Shown: in pieces, positions 27,044-39,960 of the stretch | How the letters are laid out: every line of letters begins with the position of its first letter | How positions within the stretch are numbered: the first letter of the stretch is position 1 | Source: Nemertoderma westbladi | Taxonomy: Eukaryota > Animalia > Xenacoelomorpha | Length of the DNA: 64,000 nucleotides | Assembly (NCBI GenBank): GCA_032718475.1 | Contig: JAUCBJ010005720.1 | Location: 1-64,000, forward strand | Direction of reading: 5' to 3' | Position numbers and translations under genes: made by a program | The notes under the pieces: model-generated | Told to the model about the DNA's origin: nothing | The model's input: only the letters and a program-made list of their open reading frames with translations | Database searches by the model: none

Positions 27044-29489
27044 CGTCACAGATCGGGAGTTCTTACCGAAATACAACCGATTGCTACGACATATTCCTAT
27101 CCTTACAAACAATGTAAAGTAAAATAAAGTAAAACTATTGCAGTGCGGTGGTCTATTTTTATCCATAACAAATTAAACTCGATTTTGGTGTACCACTTAT
27201 GGTACTACAGGTCTTGCGGTATGTATAATATGTTTTACAGTAAGTACCGGTATATGTAGGCCTACTAAATTGCTGTACGTTTTGTGCTGACTCTTTATGT
27301 TATAGGCTACATGTTATGTGATGGGAATTGTGCTGCTCTTCTGTCTATTCGCTTTGTATTATTATGTAATTTTAATCAATTATTCCTGTATCATTTCGAG
27401 TCTAACTCAGTAGGCCTATACCGCAGTTTACCAGTTTACTTTGTGGTCTCGTTGGCTCTAAGTACCGCATTGATGTTGTTAACAATTTTGCAGGAGTAAT
27501 TTTACTTGCGAATCTATTTTTTAATAAACTCAGTTAAAAACTCAATTGTATAAATCTATTTATTAGTATATTTTTAATATTTTTACGGCTAGTAGCTTAC
27601 TACACTACAGTACAGTGCTTTGTATACATGTTGTTGATGTATCTTAATTTCAGCCAATGTTTATTACCTACTGTAGGTCAATTAATTTATTCTAATAAGA
27701 AGTTTATGTTTTGGATTCCGGATCCCATGACTGGGAAAATTTAAATTGTAAAATTAAACAATAATTATAATAATGTATTACTTGGATTAAAAATGTCGCA
27801 CTTTTTCATTATTCTCGAGGTATTTTATTTACCGAGTGTCAGCGAGGTTAATATTGGGTCGAGAGAATTATTGTAAAAAAATGTTCCCCATGTAATACGT
27901 AATTTTATTCCTAACTTGGTACGTTTTTGTTGCTAAATTCTGTAATAAAACATAGCGATACCGGTATACAGTACAGTTGTGTTACAAAATAAATTGAACT
28001 GCAGTATTTTACTATATAGCTTCCATAGTTACTGCGATTCTAATTACTGAACTCTCCAACTCTCGATGCTGCCTAACTCAATGTTAAATGATTTCGTGTT
28101 CTAGAATATTTATTACGTAACTAGAGAGCCGCTTAACAGAATAAACCAATATTGGATATTGAGTTCCGTTTTGGAGTTCGCCTTGCAGACACTAAAGTTG
28201 CAATAACTATTCAGTGTTTGCATGGATTTTGCTCAAATTACTTCCAAACCTTTTCTACGTCGATGCTCTTTGAACACATGTAATAAAATTTAAGAAATTC
28301 CGCCGAAAATGTTTTCACATTTTCTAATTTTACTTTTACCGCCTCGAAGACAGTGAAATCGATTCAATCTTGGGTTACCTTTTTTCCTCTGGGAAAAATA
28401 TCTCTACTTTCTCTCCGATGTTGCGGTTCGCCGAAAAAATTTAGGGGAAAAAAAACTTTATACAAATAATAAAAATAAAAATATATTGTATTATACTGGT
28501 TGGAGGGAAGATCATAACTTATTATTTGCTTCTTTTGTCTCTCTTAAAGAGCAATACAAATATATTATAATCGATTAATAATGTAATGGATGAGACATTG
28601 CCCGATGTAAACCATCAACCTCTACTGAAATTCTGCAGCAGTACCAAAAAGTCGCTCCGACCTGATTGCTGTTATTACCGCTAAAAGCAACTCACCATTA
28701 TTCCTGACATTTAATACAACTATATTTTACAATGCGGTTTTATTTCATTGTTGAGTTTATCCCCTATGTGGATAATAAACAACACTAATAATTTATGAGT
28801 AAGTAAGTAATTGTTTTGTAATTATTGTCATTGGAATAAATATCATAGTTACTTTTAAGGTAATAATAAATGCTGCTAATTTTTTCACCTTAAGTACTTT
28901 TGTGTTTCTCAGTAGTAAATCATCTTGCTACGTTATGTTCTCATCTAATATATTTCTCCATTTTGATTTTTTTTCATAATTAATTTCGTACCGTAATATT
29001 AATTGTACTGTAATTTTGGATTCAACTGTAATATGTAGTTTTATGCCAATTTAATTTAATTCTATAATTTATTTAAACTCGTTGTTTATCACTACACTTA
29101 CACTTACTTACACTTACACTACAATATTTCACTAAAGTTATTAGTTTCGAAAAAGCCAAGTGCGGCGTTATCAAAAAATATTTCTCAATATTTTTAGTCA
29201 TCATTAATTTGTGTAATAATCGAATTACATATAATATCTATTTATTGCACTTTGAGTTGTCGCATACACTTCATTGTTAATTAAGTAATTAATTAATTAC
29301 GTGTTAAATTAAGTTATTTACAATAATTACATCGATTGTCTTTAATAATTAAGTTACTGATTTAGCCATATTAATTCAAAGTTATTTCATCAGTTATCTT
29401 CTTCTCAAACATTAAAATAAAATTTGATATATTATTATTATTACTTAAATATAATAAATGGTTGTCTCTTTTAATAAATATAATTTCTT

Positions 29490-32400
29490 TGACTGGGGAA
29501 TTAGCCAACAATGTATGGAGTGGGACTGGGGAATGAGCCAACACTGTATGGAGTGGGACTGGGGAATGAGCCAAAACTGTATGGAGTGGGACTAGGGAAT
29601 GAGTTAACATTGTATGGAGTGGGACTGGAGAATGAGTTAACATTGTATGGAGTGGGACTAGAGAATAAGTTAACATTGTATGGGGTGGGACTGTAGAATG
29701 AGTTAACATTGTATGGAGTGGGACTATAGAATGAGTTAACACTATATGGGGTGGGACTAGAGAATGAGTTAACATTGTATGGAGTGGGACTGGATAATGA
29801 GCCAACATTGTATGGAGTGGGACTGGAGAATGAGTTAATATTATATGGGGTGGGACTAGAGAATGAGTTAACATTGTATGGAGTGGGACTAGAGAATAAG
29901 TTAACATTGTATGGGGTGGGACTGTAGAATGAGTTAATATTATATGGGGTGGGACTAGAGAATGAGTTAACATTGTATGGAGTGGGACTAGAGAATGAGT
30001 TAACATTGTATGGAGTGGGACTGGAGAATGAGTTAACATTGTATGGGGTGGGACTAGAGAATGAGCCAACACTGTATGGAGTGGGACTAGAGAATGAGTT
30101 AACATTGTATGGAGTGGGACTAGAGAATGAGTTAACATTGTATGGAGTGGGACTGGATAATGAGCCAACATTGTATGGAGTGGGACTGGAGAATGAGTTA
30201 ATATTATATGGGGTGGGACTAGAGAATGAGTTAACATTGTATGGAGTGGGACTAGAGAATGAGTTAACATTGTATGGGGTGGGACTGTAGAATGAGTTAA
30301 TATTATATGGGGTGGGACTAGAGAATGAGTTAACATTGTATGGAGTGGGACTAGAGAATGAGTTAACATTGTATGGAGTGGGACTGGAGAATGAGTTAAC
30401 ATTGTATGGGGTGGGACTGTAGAATGAGTTAATATTATATGGGGTGGGACTAGAGAATGAGTTAACATTGTCTGGAGTGGGACTATAGAATGAGTTAACA
30501 TTGTATGGGGTGGGACTGTAGAATGAGTTAATATTATATGGGGTGGGACTATAGAATGAGTTAACATTGTATGGAGTGGGACTAGAAATGAGTTAACATT
30601 GTATGGAGTGGGACTGTAGAATGAGTTAATATTATATGGGGTGGGACTAGAGAATGAGTTAACATTGTATGGAGTGGGACTAGAGAATGAGTTAACATTG
30701 TATGGAGTGGGACTGGAGAATGAGTTAACATTGTATGGGGTGGGACTGTAGAATGAGTTAATATTATATGGGGTGGGACTAGAGAATGAGCCCACATTGT
30801 ATGGGTGGGACTGTGGAATGAGCCAACACTGTATGGAGTGGGACTGGAGAATGAGTTAACATTGTATGGGGTGGGACTGTAGAATGAGTTAATATTATAT
30901 GGGGTGGGACTAGAGAATGAGTTAACATTGTATGGAGTGGGACTAGAGAATGAGTTAACATTGTATGGAGTGGGACTGGATAATGAGCCAACATTGTATG
31001 GAGTGAGATGGAGTGGGACTGTAGAATGAGTTAACATTGTATGGAGTGGGACTAGGGAATGAGTTAACATTGTATGGAGTGGGACTAGAGAATGAGTTAA
31101 CATTGTATGGAGTGGGACTGGATAATGAGCCAGCATTGTATGGAGTGGGATGGAGTGGGACTGGAGAATGAGTTAATATTATATGGGGTGGGACTAGAGA
31201 ATGAGTTAACATTGTATGGAGTGGGACTAGAGAATGAGTTAACATTGTATGGGGTGGGACTGTAGAATGAGTTAATATTATATGGGGTGGGACTAGAGAA
31301 TGAGTTAACATTGTATGGAGTGGGACTATAGAATGAGTTAACATTGTATGGGGTGGGACTGTAGAATGAGTTAATATTATATGGGGTGGGACTATAGAAT
31401 GAGTTAACATTGTATGGAGTGGGACTAGAGAATGAGTTAACATTGTATGGAGTGGGACTAGGGAATGAGTTAACATTGTATGGGGTGGGACTGTAGAATG
31501 AGTTAATATTATATGGGGTGGGACTAGAGAATGAGTTAACATTGTATGGAGTGGTCCTAGAGAATGAGTTAACATTGTATGGAGTGGGACTGGAGAATGA
31601 GTTAACATTGTATGGGGTGGGACTAGAGAATGAGCCAACACTGTATGGAGTGGGACTAGAGAATGAGTTAACATTGTATGGAGTGGGACTAGAGAATGAG
31701 TTAACATTGTATGGGGTGGGACTGTAGAATGAGTTAATATTATATGGGGTGGGACTAGAGAATGAGTTAACATTGTATGGAGTGGTCCTAGAGAATGAGT
31801 TAACATTGTATGGAGTGGGACTGGAGAATGAGTTAACATTGTATGGGGTGGGACTAGAGAATGAGCCAACACTGTATGGAGTGGGACTAGAGAATGAGTT
31901 AACATTGTATGGAGTGGGACTAGAGAATGAGTTAACATTGTATGGAGTGGGACTGGATAATGAGCCAACATTGTATGGAGTGGGACTGGAGAATGAGTTA
32001 ATATTATATGGGGTGGGACTAGAGAATGAGTTAACATTGTATGGAGTGGGACTAGAGAATGAGTTAACATTGTATGGAGTGGGACTGGAGAATGAGTTAA
32101 CATTGTATGGAGTGGGACTAGAGAATGAGTTAACATTGTATGGGGTGGGACTGTAGAATGAGTTAATATTATATGGGGTGGGACTAGAGAATGAGTTAAC
32201 ATTGTATGGAGTGGGACTAGAGAATGAGTTAACATTGTATGGAGTGGGACTGGAGAATGAGTTAACATTGTATGGGGTGGGACTGTAGAATGAGTTAATA
32301 TTATAGGGGGTGGGACTATAGAATGAGTTAACATTGTATGGAGTGGGACTAGAAATGAGTTAACATTGTATGGGGTGGGACTGTAGAATGAGTTAATATT

Positions 32401-34041
32401 ATATGGGGTGGGACTAGAGAATGAGTTAACATTGTATGGAGTGGGACTAGAGAATGAGTTAACATTGTATGGAGTGGGACTGGAGAATGAGTTAACATTG
32501 TATGGGGTGGGACTGTAGAATGAGTTAATATTATATGGGGTGGGACTAGAGAATGAGCCCACATTGTATGGGTGGGACTGTGGAATGAGCCAACACTGTA
32601 TGGAGTGGGACTGGAGAATGAGTTAACATTGTATGGGGTGGGACTGTAGAATGAGTTAATATTATATGGGGTGGGACTAGAGAATGAGTTAACATTGTAT
32701 GGAGTGGGACTAGAGAATGAGTTAACATTGTATGGAGTGGGACTGGATAATGAGCCAACATTGTATGGAGTGGGATGGAGTGGGACTGTAGAATGAGTTA
32801 ACATTGTATGGAGTGGGACTAGGGAATGAGTTAACATTGTATGGAGTGGGACTAGAGAATGAGTTAACATTGTATGGAGTGGGACTGGATAATGAGCCAG
32901 CATTGTATGGAGTGGGATGGAGTGGGACTGGAGAATGAGTTAATATTATATGGGGTGGGACTAGAGAATGAGTTAACATTGTATGGAGTGGGACTAGAGA
33001 ATGAGTTAACATTGTATGGGGTGGGACTGTAGAATGAGTTAATATTATATGGGGTGGGACTAGAGAATGAGTTAACATTGTATGGAGTGGGACTATAGAA
33101 TGAGTTAACATTGTATGGGGTGGGACTGTAGAATGAGTTAATATTATATGGGGTGGGACTATAGAATGAGTTAACATTGTATGGAGTGGGACTAGAGAAT
33201 GAGTTAACATTGTATGGAGTGGGACTAGGGAATGAGTTAACATTGTATGGGGTGGGACTGTAGAATGAGTTAATATTATATGGGGTGGGACTAGAGAATG
33301 AGTTAACATTGTATGGAGTGGTCCTAGAGAATGAGTTAACATTGTATGGAGTGGGACTGGAGAATGAGTTAACATTGTATGGGGTGGGACTAGAGAATGA
33401 GCCAACACTGTATGGAGTGGGACTAGAGAATGAGTTAACATTGTATGGAGTGGGACTAGAGAATGAGTTAACATTGTATGGGGTGGGACTGTAGAATGAG
33501 TTAATATTATATGGGGTGGGACTAGAGAATGAGTTAACATTGTATGGAGTGGTCCTAGAGAATGAGTTAACATTGTATGGAGTGGGACTGGAGAATGAGT
33601 TAACATTGTATGGGGTGGGACTAGAGAATGAGGCAACACTGTATGGAGTGGGACTAGAGAATGAGTTAACATTGTATGGAGTGGGACTAGAGAATGAGTT
33701 AACATTGTATGGAGTGGGACTGGATAATGAGCCAACATTGTATGGAGTGGGACTGGAGAATGAGTTAATATTATATGGGGTGGGACTAGAGAATGAGTTA
33801 ACATTGTATGGAGTGGGACTAGAGAATGAGTTAACATTGTATGGAGTGGGACTGGAGAATGAGTTAACATTGCATGGAGTGGGACTAGAGAATGAGTTAA
33901 CATTGTATGGGCTGGGACTGTGGAATGAGCCAACACTGTATGGGGTGGGAATACTGGATAATGAGCCAACACTGTATGGGTGGGACTGTGGAATGAGCCA
34001 ACACTGTATGGAGTGGGACTGGATAATGAGCCAACACTGTA
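29490..34041. repeat. 33-bp minisatellite, about 137 copies, with a 1767-bp higher-order duplication
   Basis: Unit GAGAATGAGTTAACATTGTATGGAGTGGGACTA. Rare variants and derived ORFs recur at an offset of 1767. Confidence 0.97.
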
Positions 34042-34139
34042 TCGATCATGGGGTGTAATTCCTCACTGCCGTTGGGTGAGGGGGTGAACATAATGGGGGA
34101 TGTGTTCATTACTAGTAGTGATGGTAAGCTCACTCTAGT

Positions 34140-35007
34140 TTGTGTCCCCTTGTTTGGGATTTGGAACATTTCGAGGTGCCGACAAAGGAGAAATTCCGCT
34201 CGGTGGAAGACACGAAATCACAGAAGATGTTGGAACGAGATACTACCTTTGAAAATGGTCATTATTATGTCCCAATGTTATGGAGAGATAAACAAAAACC
34301 TCTTACACGTAACCTCACCCTAGCAATTAAAAGATTGCGATGGATAAAGACGAGATTGCGTAAAAATGCCAACGAATCGGAACAATTCCAAACAAAGATG
34401 GAAGAGTTCATCACCAAAGGAATAGGACAATATCTGACGGAGGAAGAAATATTGAATCCCGACCCCCAACAATATTATATTTCAACCCACTATGTTCTAG
34501 AAACTAATAAGAAAAATAAAGTGCAAGTGGTAATGGACGATGCAGTAATTTGGAAAGGCCATAGCCTAAACTCTGAACTAATGGCTGGACTTATTCAACA
34601 CGATAGTGACTGAGTCTAACCTGTTGCTTTCTGCTTAGACCTAGAAGCGATGTTCCATCAAGTCAAGGTATACCCAGAAGATGCCGTATCACAAACGATC
34701 TTATGGTACGATGGACAAGAGAAACCGAAATCCATAACAAATTCAAATGAATGCGAATATGTTCAGCGCCACTGATGCCCCACCTACAACGGCTTTCCCA
34801 CTCAAAATGACAGGAAGCAAAAACGCCCACAGATATCCTGCCAATGTAAATGGGACGATCCAAAAACCTTTTCTACGTGGACGATGGACTCACAGGCGAA
34901 ACTACCGTGAAGAAAGCGGTGCTGCTAGCGTATAATCTAATAGACTGTCTAAAAAGAGGAGGATTTAATGCAATCAAATTCCTATCCAACTCTCGACAAT
35001 TCCTTAA
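34140..35007 (+). pseudogene. Older BEL/Pao pol fragment 1 (pre-RT and RT)
   Basis: WDLEHF...SVED...GHYYVPMLWR...N...AIKRL, GHSLNSELMAG, NLFYVDDGL, GGFNAIKFLSNS, with stops and frameshifts. Confidence 0.85.
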
Positions 35008-36508
35008 CCCTATTAATCCCGGGGGGGGGGGGGGGGGTCAATATGACCCCCCCGTGGTTTTATTATTATAATTCTGAAACAAACGCAGTTGGGAATCTGA
35101 AATTTTATGATTTTTCCTAAAAATCTATTGTCTTCCTAGTAGTGAAAACCGTTTGCAAAAATATTGGGTAGTTTTCGAGTTATAGCACCATTTTTTAACC
35201 CTACTTTTGGCACTTTTTTTTGAGACGTTTTTTGAAAATTACTTTTCATTAAATATGAATTGTAACATCTCTATGTTTGAATTACACCGGTTTTTTGGTG
35301 TTAGCAATTGGATGGAATTCATATAAATTGATTTAGAAATTTCAAACTTGTTTTTTTCGGTGGGTGCCAAATTTTGGTGCCAGAACTAAATTTTGAAATA
35401 TGTCAATTTTGAAAATTGATTGTTTGAAACTTGTTTTTTACGCAATTGGGGTTTTTTGGGGTTCTCGTTTCGATGAAATATATACGAGTTGCACCAAGCG
35501 TATAAAACTTGTATTTTTCGGTGCTGTGTGCAATTTTTGGTGCTAGCACGAAATTTTGAAAATCCATTCAATAGATAAAATTGCTTGTGACATTTTATTT
35601 CTTGCGTTTTAGAGGTTTATGGCTGTTCTGAATTCAATGGAATATATAATTATCGAACTAGACATCTCAAACTTGTATTTTTCGGAAGTGGGTGCAAAAT
35701 GTGGTGCTAGCACCAAATTTTGAAAATCATCAAATATATCAATTGATTGTGTCACCTTGTTTCTTGCGTTATACGGGTTTGTGAGGGTTCTGAATTCAAT
35801 GGAATCAGTAAAAATTTCATAAGAGTTTTCAGACTTGTATTTTTCGCAAAAATTTTGGAAAATAAGCAAATTGATCAGTAGATAGTATCATCTTGATTCT
35901 TGTGTTATACGGGTTTATACTGGACATCGCAAACTTGTAATTTTTGGTGATGGGTACGAAATTTGGTGCTAGCACCAAAATTTGCCAAATTACACCGAAA
36001 AATACAAGTATCAATGATCTGGCATATTAGAAATGTATTCCATTAGAATCATCAGCGCCCTAGAAAACCTATAAATGTGAATTTATAGCATCGTATAAGT
36101 GAATGAAAAATTTTGTGTTCTACCTGAAAAGTGCTGGTTACTTGTTTTTTTCATTTTTTTCCTACGCAGAGACGACTAAACAGCCCTTTATAGTAATCAT
36201 ATCATTTTTAAATATTTTCCAATGTATTTTGCGCCCCAGAAAACCTGTATTGAAAAACAATTAGCCGAAAATGTAACTTTCAAATTTTGTGAAAATTGTG
36301 CACTACTTGTAATTTTGGTGCTGCAATATAACCACCCCAGTACATTTTTTCGAAATTTTTTTTTTTCGGTCGGATCCAGACTACTGATACCTACGTACAA
36401 ACAAAAAATCAGACGTTTTCGTAAAAATTTGTAGATTTTAGAGGGGTGGGGTCAATATGACCCCCTCCCGGTATTTGTACAACATTTTATAGCCCGGTAC
36501 TAATAGGG
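35008..36508. mobile_element. Non-autonomous piggyBac-type DNA transposon (1501 bp)
   Basis: TTAA|CCCTATTAATCCCGGG ... CCCGGTACTAATAGGG|TTAA, with subterminal GGGGTCAATATGACCCC at both ends. Removal restores the pol frame RQFLN-NTPTDKV. Confidence 0.88.
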
Positions 36509-36512
36509 TTAA

Positions 36513-36603
36513 CAACACACCAACAGACAAAGTTGCGAAAGGAGTCCTAGATCTGGATTTGGGTGAAATGCTGTTGACAAGAGCATTGGGAGTAAAATGG
36601 TGG
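36513..36603 (+). pseudogene. Older BEL/Pao pol fragment 2
   Basis: NTPTDKVAKGVLDLDLGEMLLTRALGVKWW, which continues as PEEDTITI at 48774. Confidence 0.8.
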
Positions 36604-37789
36604 TGTAAAGGCTTTTCCGGAATTGGCCGGTTATTTTCCCCGTAAAGTACTCTGTAGTTGGTTTAACAGGCATAAAAGGCCGTGTCCCACTGTACTGGTG
36701 TTTTAGAGGACATAAAAGTAATTTCTTCTGTACGTGTACTTTAGCGGACATAATCCACAATTCTATGACGCAAAAGCCGAAATACTCTTGAAACAGTGTA
36801 GTTAGTATGACGACAGCTAATAGCTGAGCTGTACACGTGGAGCCTCTGCACGGAGCCTTGGTTCTTTGTTCTGCTCAGCTCAAATGACGACATCTATCAG
36901 CTGTGTCCACGTCAGTTCGACCAATCAGAGATTTTCCCTTTGTGTAAAAGCTGTACAGCAGAATCCCATGATTCAGTACTGACGTTTCCCCCACGCCTAA
37001 GAACACCGGCCGTGGAATGTTTTCTAACATTAGAGCGTCTTTAATTATAAGAACACATAACTGTTACCGGCACGGTACAGCGGTACGAGACACTAAGAAC
37101 ACATAACGGTACGGTACGTATTGCACATTATTTACTGCTATTTGCTGTTTGTTATTAAATGTATCATTCGTTTGCTTATTGTTATTTGGAGAATAACTAT
37201 AAACGATCAGAAACCCCGATCTTCTTGATACACTAAGGTTAGAGAGACCGGCTACATATAGCAATTGCGACTTATATTATCGTGGTTTGTAGTGAATTGA
37301 ATGCTATTTTATAGGCCCTACAAATGTCGGTTGCTATTCTCTTTATATATGATTAAAATCAGTGACTATCGGCAATTCAGTGTGCAGCGGTGTGCAATAG
37401 TAACAAAGCATCTCCTAAAGAATGCGCCTTATGTGTAACTTATAATCCATTCCGTTGTGTTTAGTGTAAGCCATAGCTCTGTTTATATAGATAGAGCGCC
37501 ACGTCCTAAAGGAACTGCTAATATTTCCCGAAAGTGAATAATATTTGTCAGAGATTATATATTAACGATCAATCGAATAGTACGGTAGGCCTGCACCGCA
37601 ATCAAATTAAAGCATCCGAATCCAGTCTCCCGGGTATATCCAGCGGGTGAATGGTCGCGCATAGACTGGCTTCGGCTAATGTTGGATTTATTTGTCTCAA
37701 ATACTTGTCATAGGCTAAAGTCAATTTATAACCTAGAAGACATATAGATTTGGCGGGTTAAACTGCCAAAGGTCTTAAAAGCGCGAACA
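36604..37789 (+). repeat. 5' LTR of copy B
   Basis: Near-identical to 47560-48768 apart from a few substitutions and 20-bp and 3-bp indels. Confidence 0.95.
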
Positions 37790-37800
37790 GTAACAGTTAT
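37790..37800 (+). promoter_or_regulatory. Non-tRNA primer-binding site GTAACAGTTAT, complementary to LTR 37057-37067
   Basis: Directly abuts the LTR end and lacks TGG. An exact reverse complement lies within the LTR. Equivalent pairs are 11076-11086/11803-11813 (A) and 591-601/1349-1359 (C). Confidence 0.75.
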
Positions 37801-38071
37801 AGCTTCTTGATTGTGGCGTAAGCAATCAAGTTGATAGTACCGGTCGACCGGTAACCAGTAGGCCTGACTACCTGATCATCCGGACCGGTACTTACAGCAG
37901 TATAGGTACATCAGTATTATTTCGATTGTGATATATTGTATATTTTAGGCTCTTAGGGGATTAGGGATTGATCACCCCTTATTCCTTTGTATGGTTTACT
38001 TATTTCTGTCAGTTTTATTTACTAGTAGGCTAATATTGAGCAGAAGACGTGTAAACCTGCTCAGATTGTAC

Positions 38072-38640
38072 AGATAATTTGTAGGCTGGACTGTTGTCTA
38101 ACTGTTGTTAAGTCTGAACGGATTGCAGTGTGTGTAGAGCATCTGTCCGATAAAGTGCTAGTTAGGAACGTAGGGGCTTCAAGTGCTGTGAGGTAAACCC
38201 CCTTTGAAAGAATAAGTCGTACTACTAGGTTAGAACGCATACTAACTAATCATTTCGGAGTCTGCATATACTGTAGTTTATTTAGGCTTGATAGTAGTCT
38301 GCCATCGTTTGGTCTGTACTTTGTTTGTGTAGTCTGTACGGGTAGCGTATAATTTTTATTTAGATAATTTGTAGGCTGGATAGTTGTCTGGCTGTTGTTG
38401 AGTCTGAGGAGATTTCGGTGTGTGTAGAGTGTATGTCCGATAAAGTGCCAGTTGGGAACGTAGGGGCTTCCAGTGCTGTGAGGTAAACCCCCTCTGAAAG
38501 AATAAGTCGTACTACTAGGTTAGAACGCATACTAACTAACCATTTTGGAGTCTGCATATACCGTAGTTTGTTTGGGCTTGATAGTAGTCTGTCAGTATTT
38601 GGTCTGCATTTTGTTTGAGTAGTCTGTACGCGTAGCGTAA
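38072..38640 (+). repeat. About 290-bp tandem duplication in the leader of copy B
   Basis: AGATAATTTGTAGGCTGG...GTAGCGTA occurs twice. It is also doubled in C (junction near 30-45) but single in A. Confidence 0.8.
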
Positions 38641-39960
38641 TATTTATTATTCAGAGTTTATGCGATTATTCGCAACATTCATTCCCCAAGTTTATTCCTA
38701 CAGTAATTGTGCTTGTTATATATACCGTTACAGTTAAACTAACCCCGGTACTACATCAGGGCTGCTTGGCGTAGGTAAAGACTGGTGATTTTGTGCACCG
38801 GTCACTCCAGCAGATACCGTGGTTCTTTTGGCTGTTCAAGTATTTTAACTACTGATTATTTGTTATATAAGTACTTGTACCTAATTTAGGGTTTGGTGTA
38901 CAGTGCTTTCCGAAGGTGATTAGTGTGTGGGCAGTATATTTGTGTTGTAAAGTGGTTAATAGGCACGTTGGTTCTGGTAGACCGCGGTAATTAACTTCTG
39001 GGTAGGAACACTCTGTGATACATAACGTAGTACTTATAGCGATACGGCTATAAGTCGTCAGATGGTGGTATTTTCCTATCTGGACAACGCAGTATATTTA
39101 CTACTACTTATTATTTTCAAATACCGTAGTACCCTGTCCGTTGTAATAACCAGATATTCTAACCCTTTGTTAGGCTGGTTTGTAGACTTCTTGTAAAATT
39201 ACCCTAAAAATTCGTACTTGTAAATTTTTGTGTTTATTTAGAGATTGTAATCTCAACCCGAATTGTACGTAATTTGTAGTATTAAGTAACTTAGGTTAAA
39301 TTAGAATTATTTGTTTTAGTGTCCAACAAGTAGCACTCCACTGAGAGCGCACAGCTTCTGTGTAGTGACTCCCCCCAGAAATAATAACATTTATTTCAAA
39401 TATTGACAAAACCCATTTTAACGGGTATATATATATTATAAATCAACTCAAACGATTTATAAATAGTAGGCCTGCCATACATCAATTAGGTCTAAATGTC
39501 AGTTGGACTACTGCTTAAATAGCGGTAATAAAGTAAGTTAAAGTAACCAAGTAACCCCTGAAATTTCAGAAATTCAATTATTCTAAAATAATTGACATAC
39601 CGGTATTTACAATCGGCTTATTATATTTATTTCTATAAATTTAGGCTGAAATTATACCGGTATTCTGTAATTAATATTAATTCTAGTCTGTAATTATACT
39701 TATATATATACATTATAAGTGTAAGCTGTATACCGGTATTCACGATAGGCCTATTATATATTTATAAATTTAGGCTGAAATTATACCGGTATTCTGTAAT
39801 TAATTCTAGTTAATAATTATACTTATATATACTATAGGTGTAAACTGCATACCGGTATTCACGATAGGCCTATTATATATTTATATATACTTGTGCTGAA
39901 AGTACATACCGGTATTCTGTGACAAATCTAGTCTGTGACAATACTTATATATATATTTCT

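Noticed and set aside
29371-34058. Long ORFs (474, 535, 416 aa) of HTMLTHSLVPL / LENELTLYGVG repeats
   Set aside because: Artefact of a 33-bp (multiple of 3) minisatellite that lacks stops in some frames.
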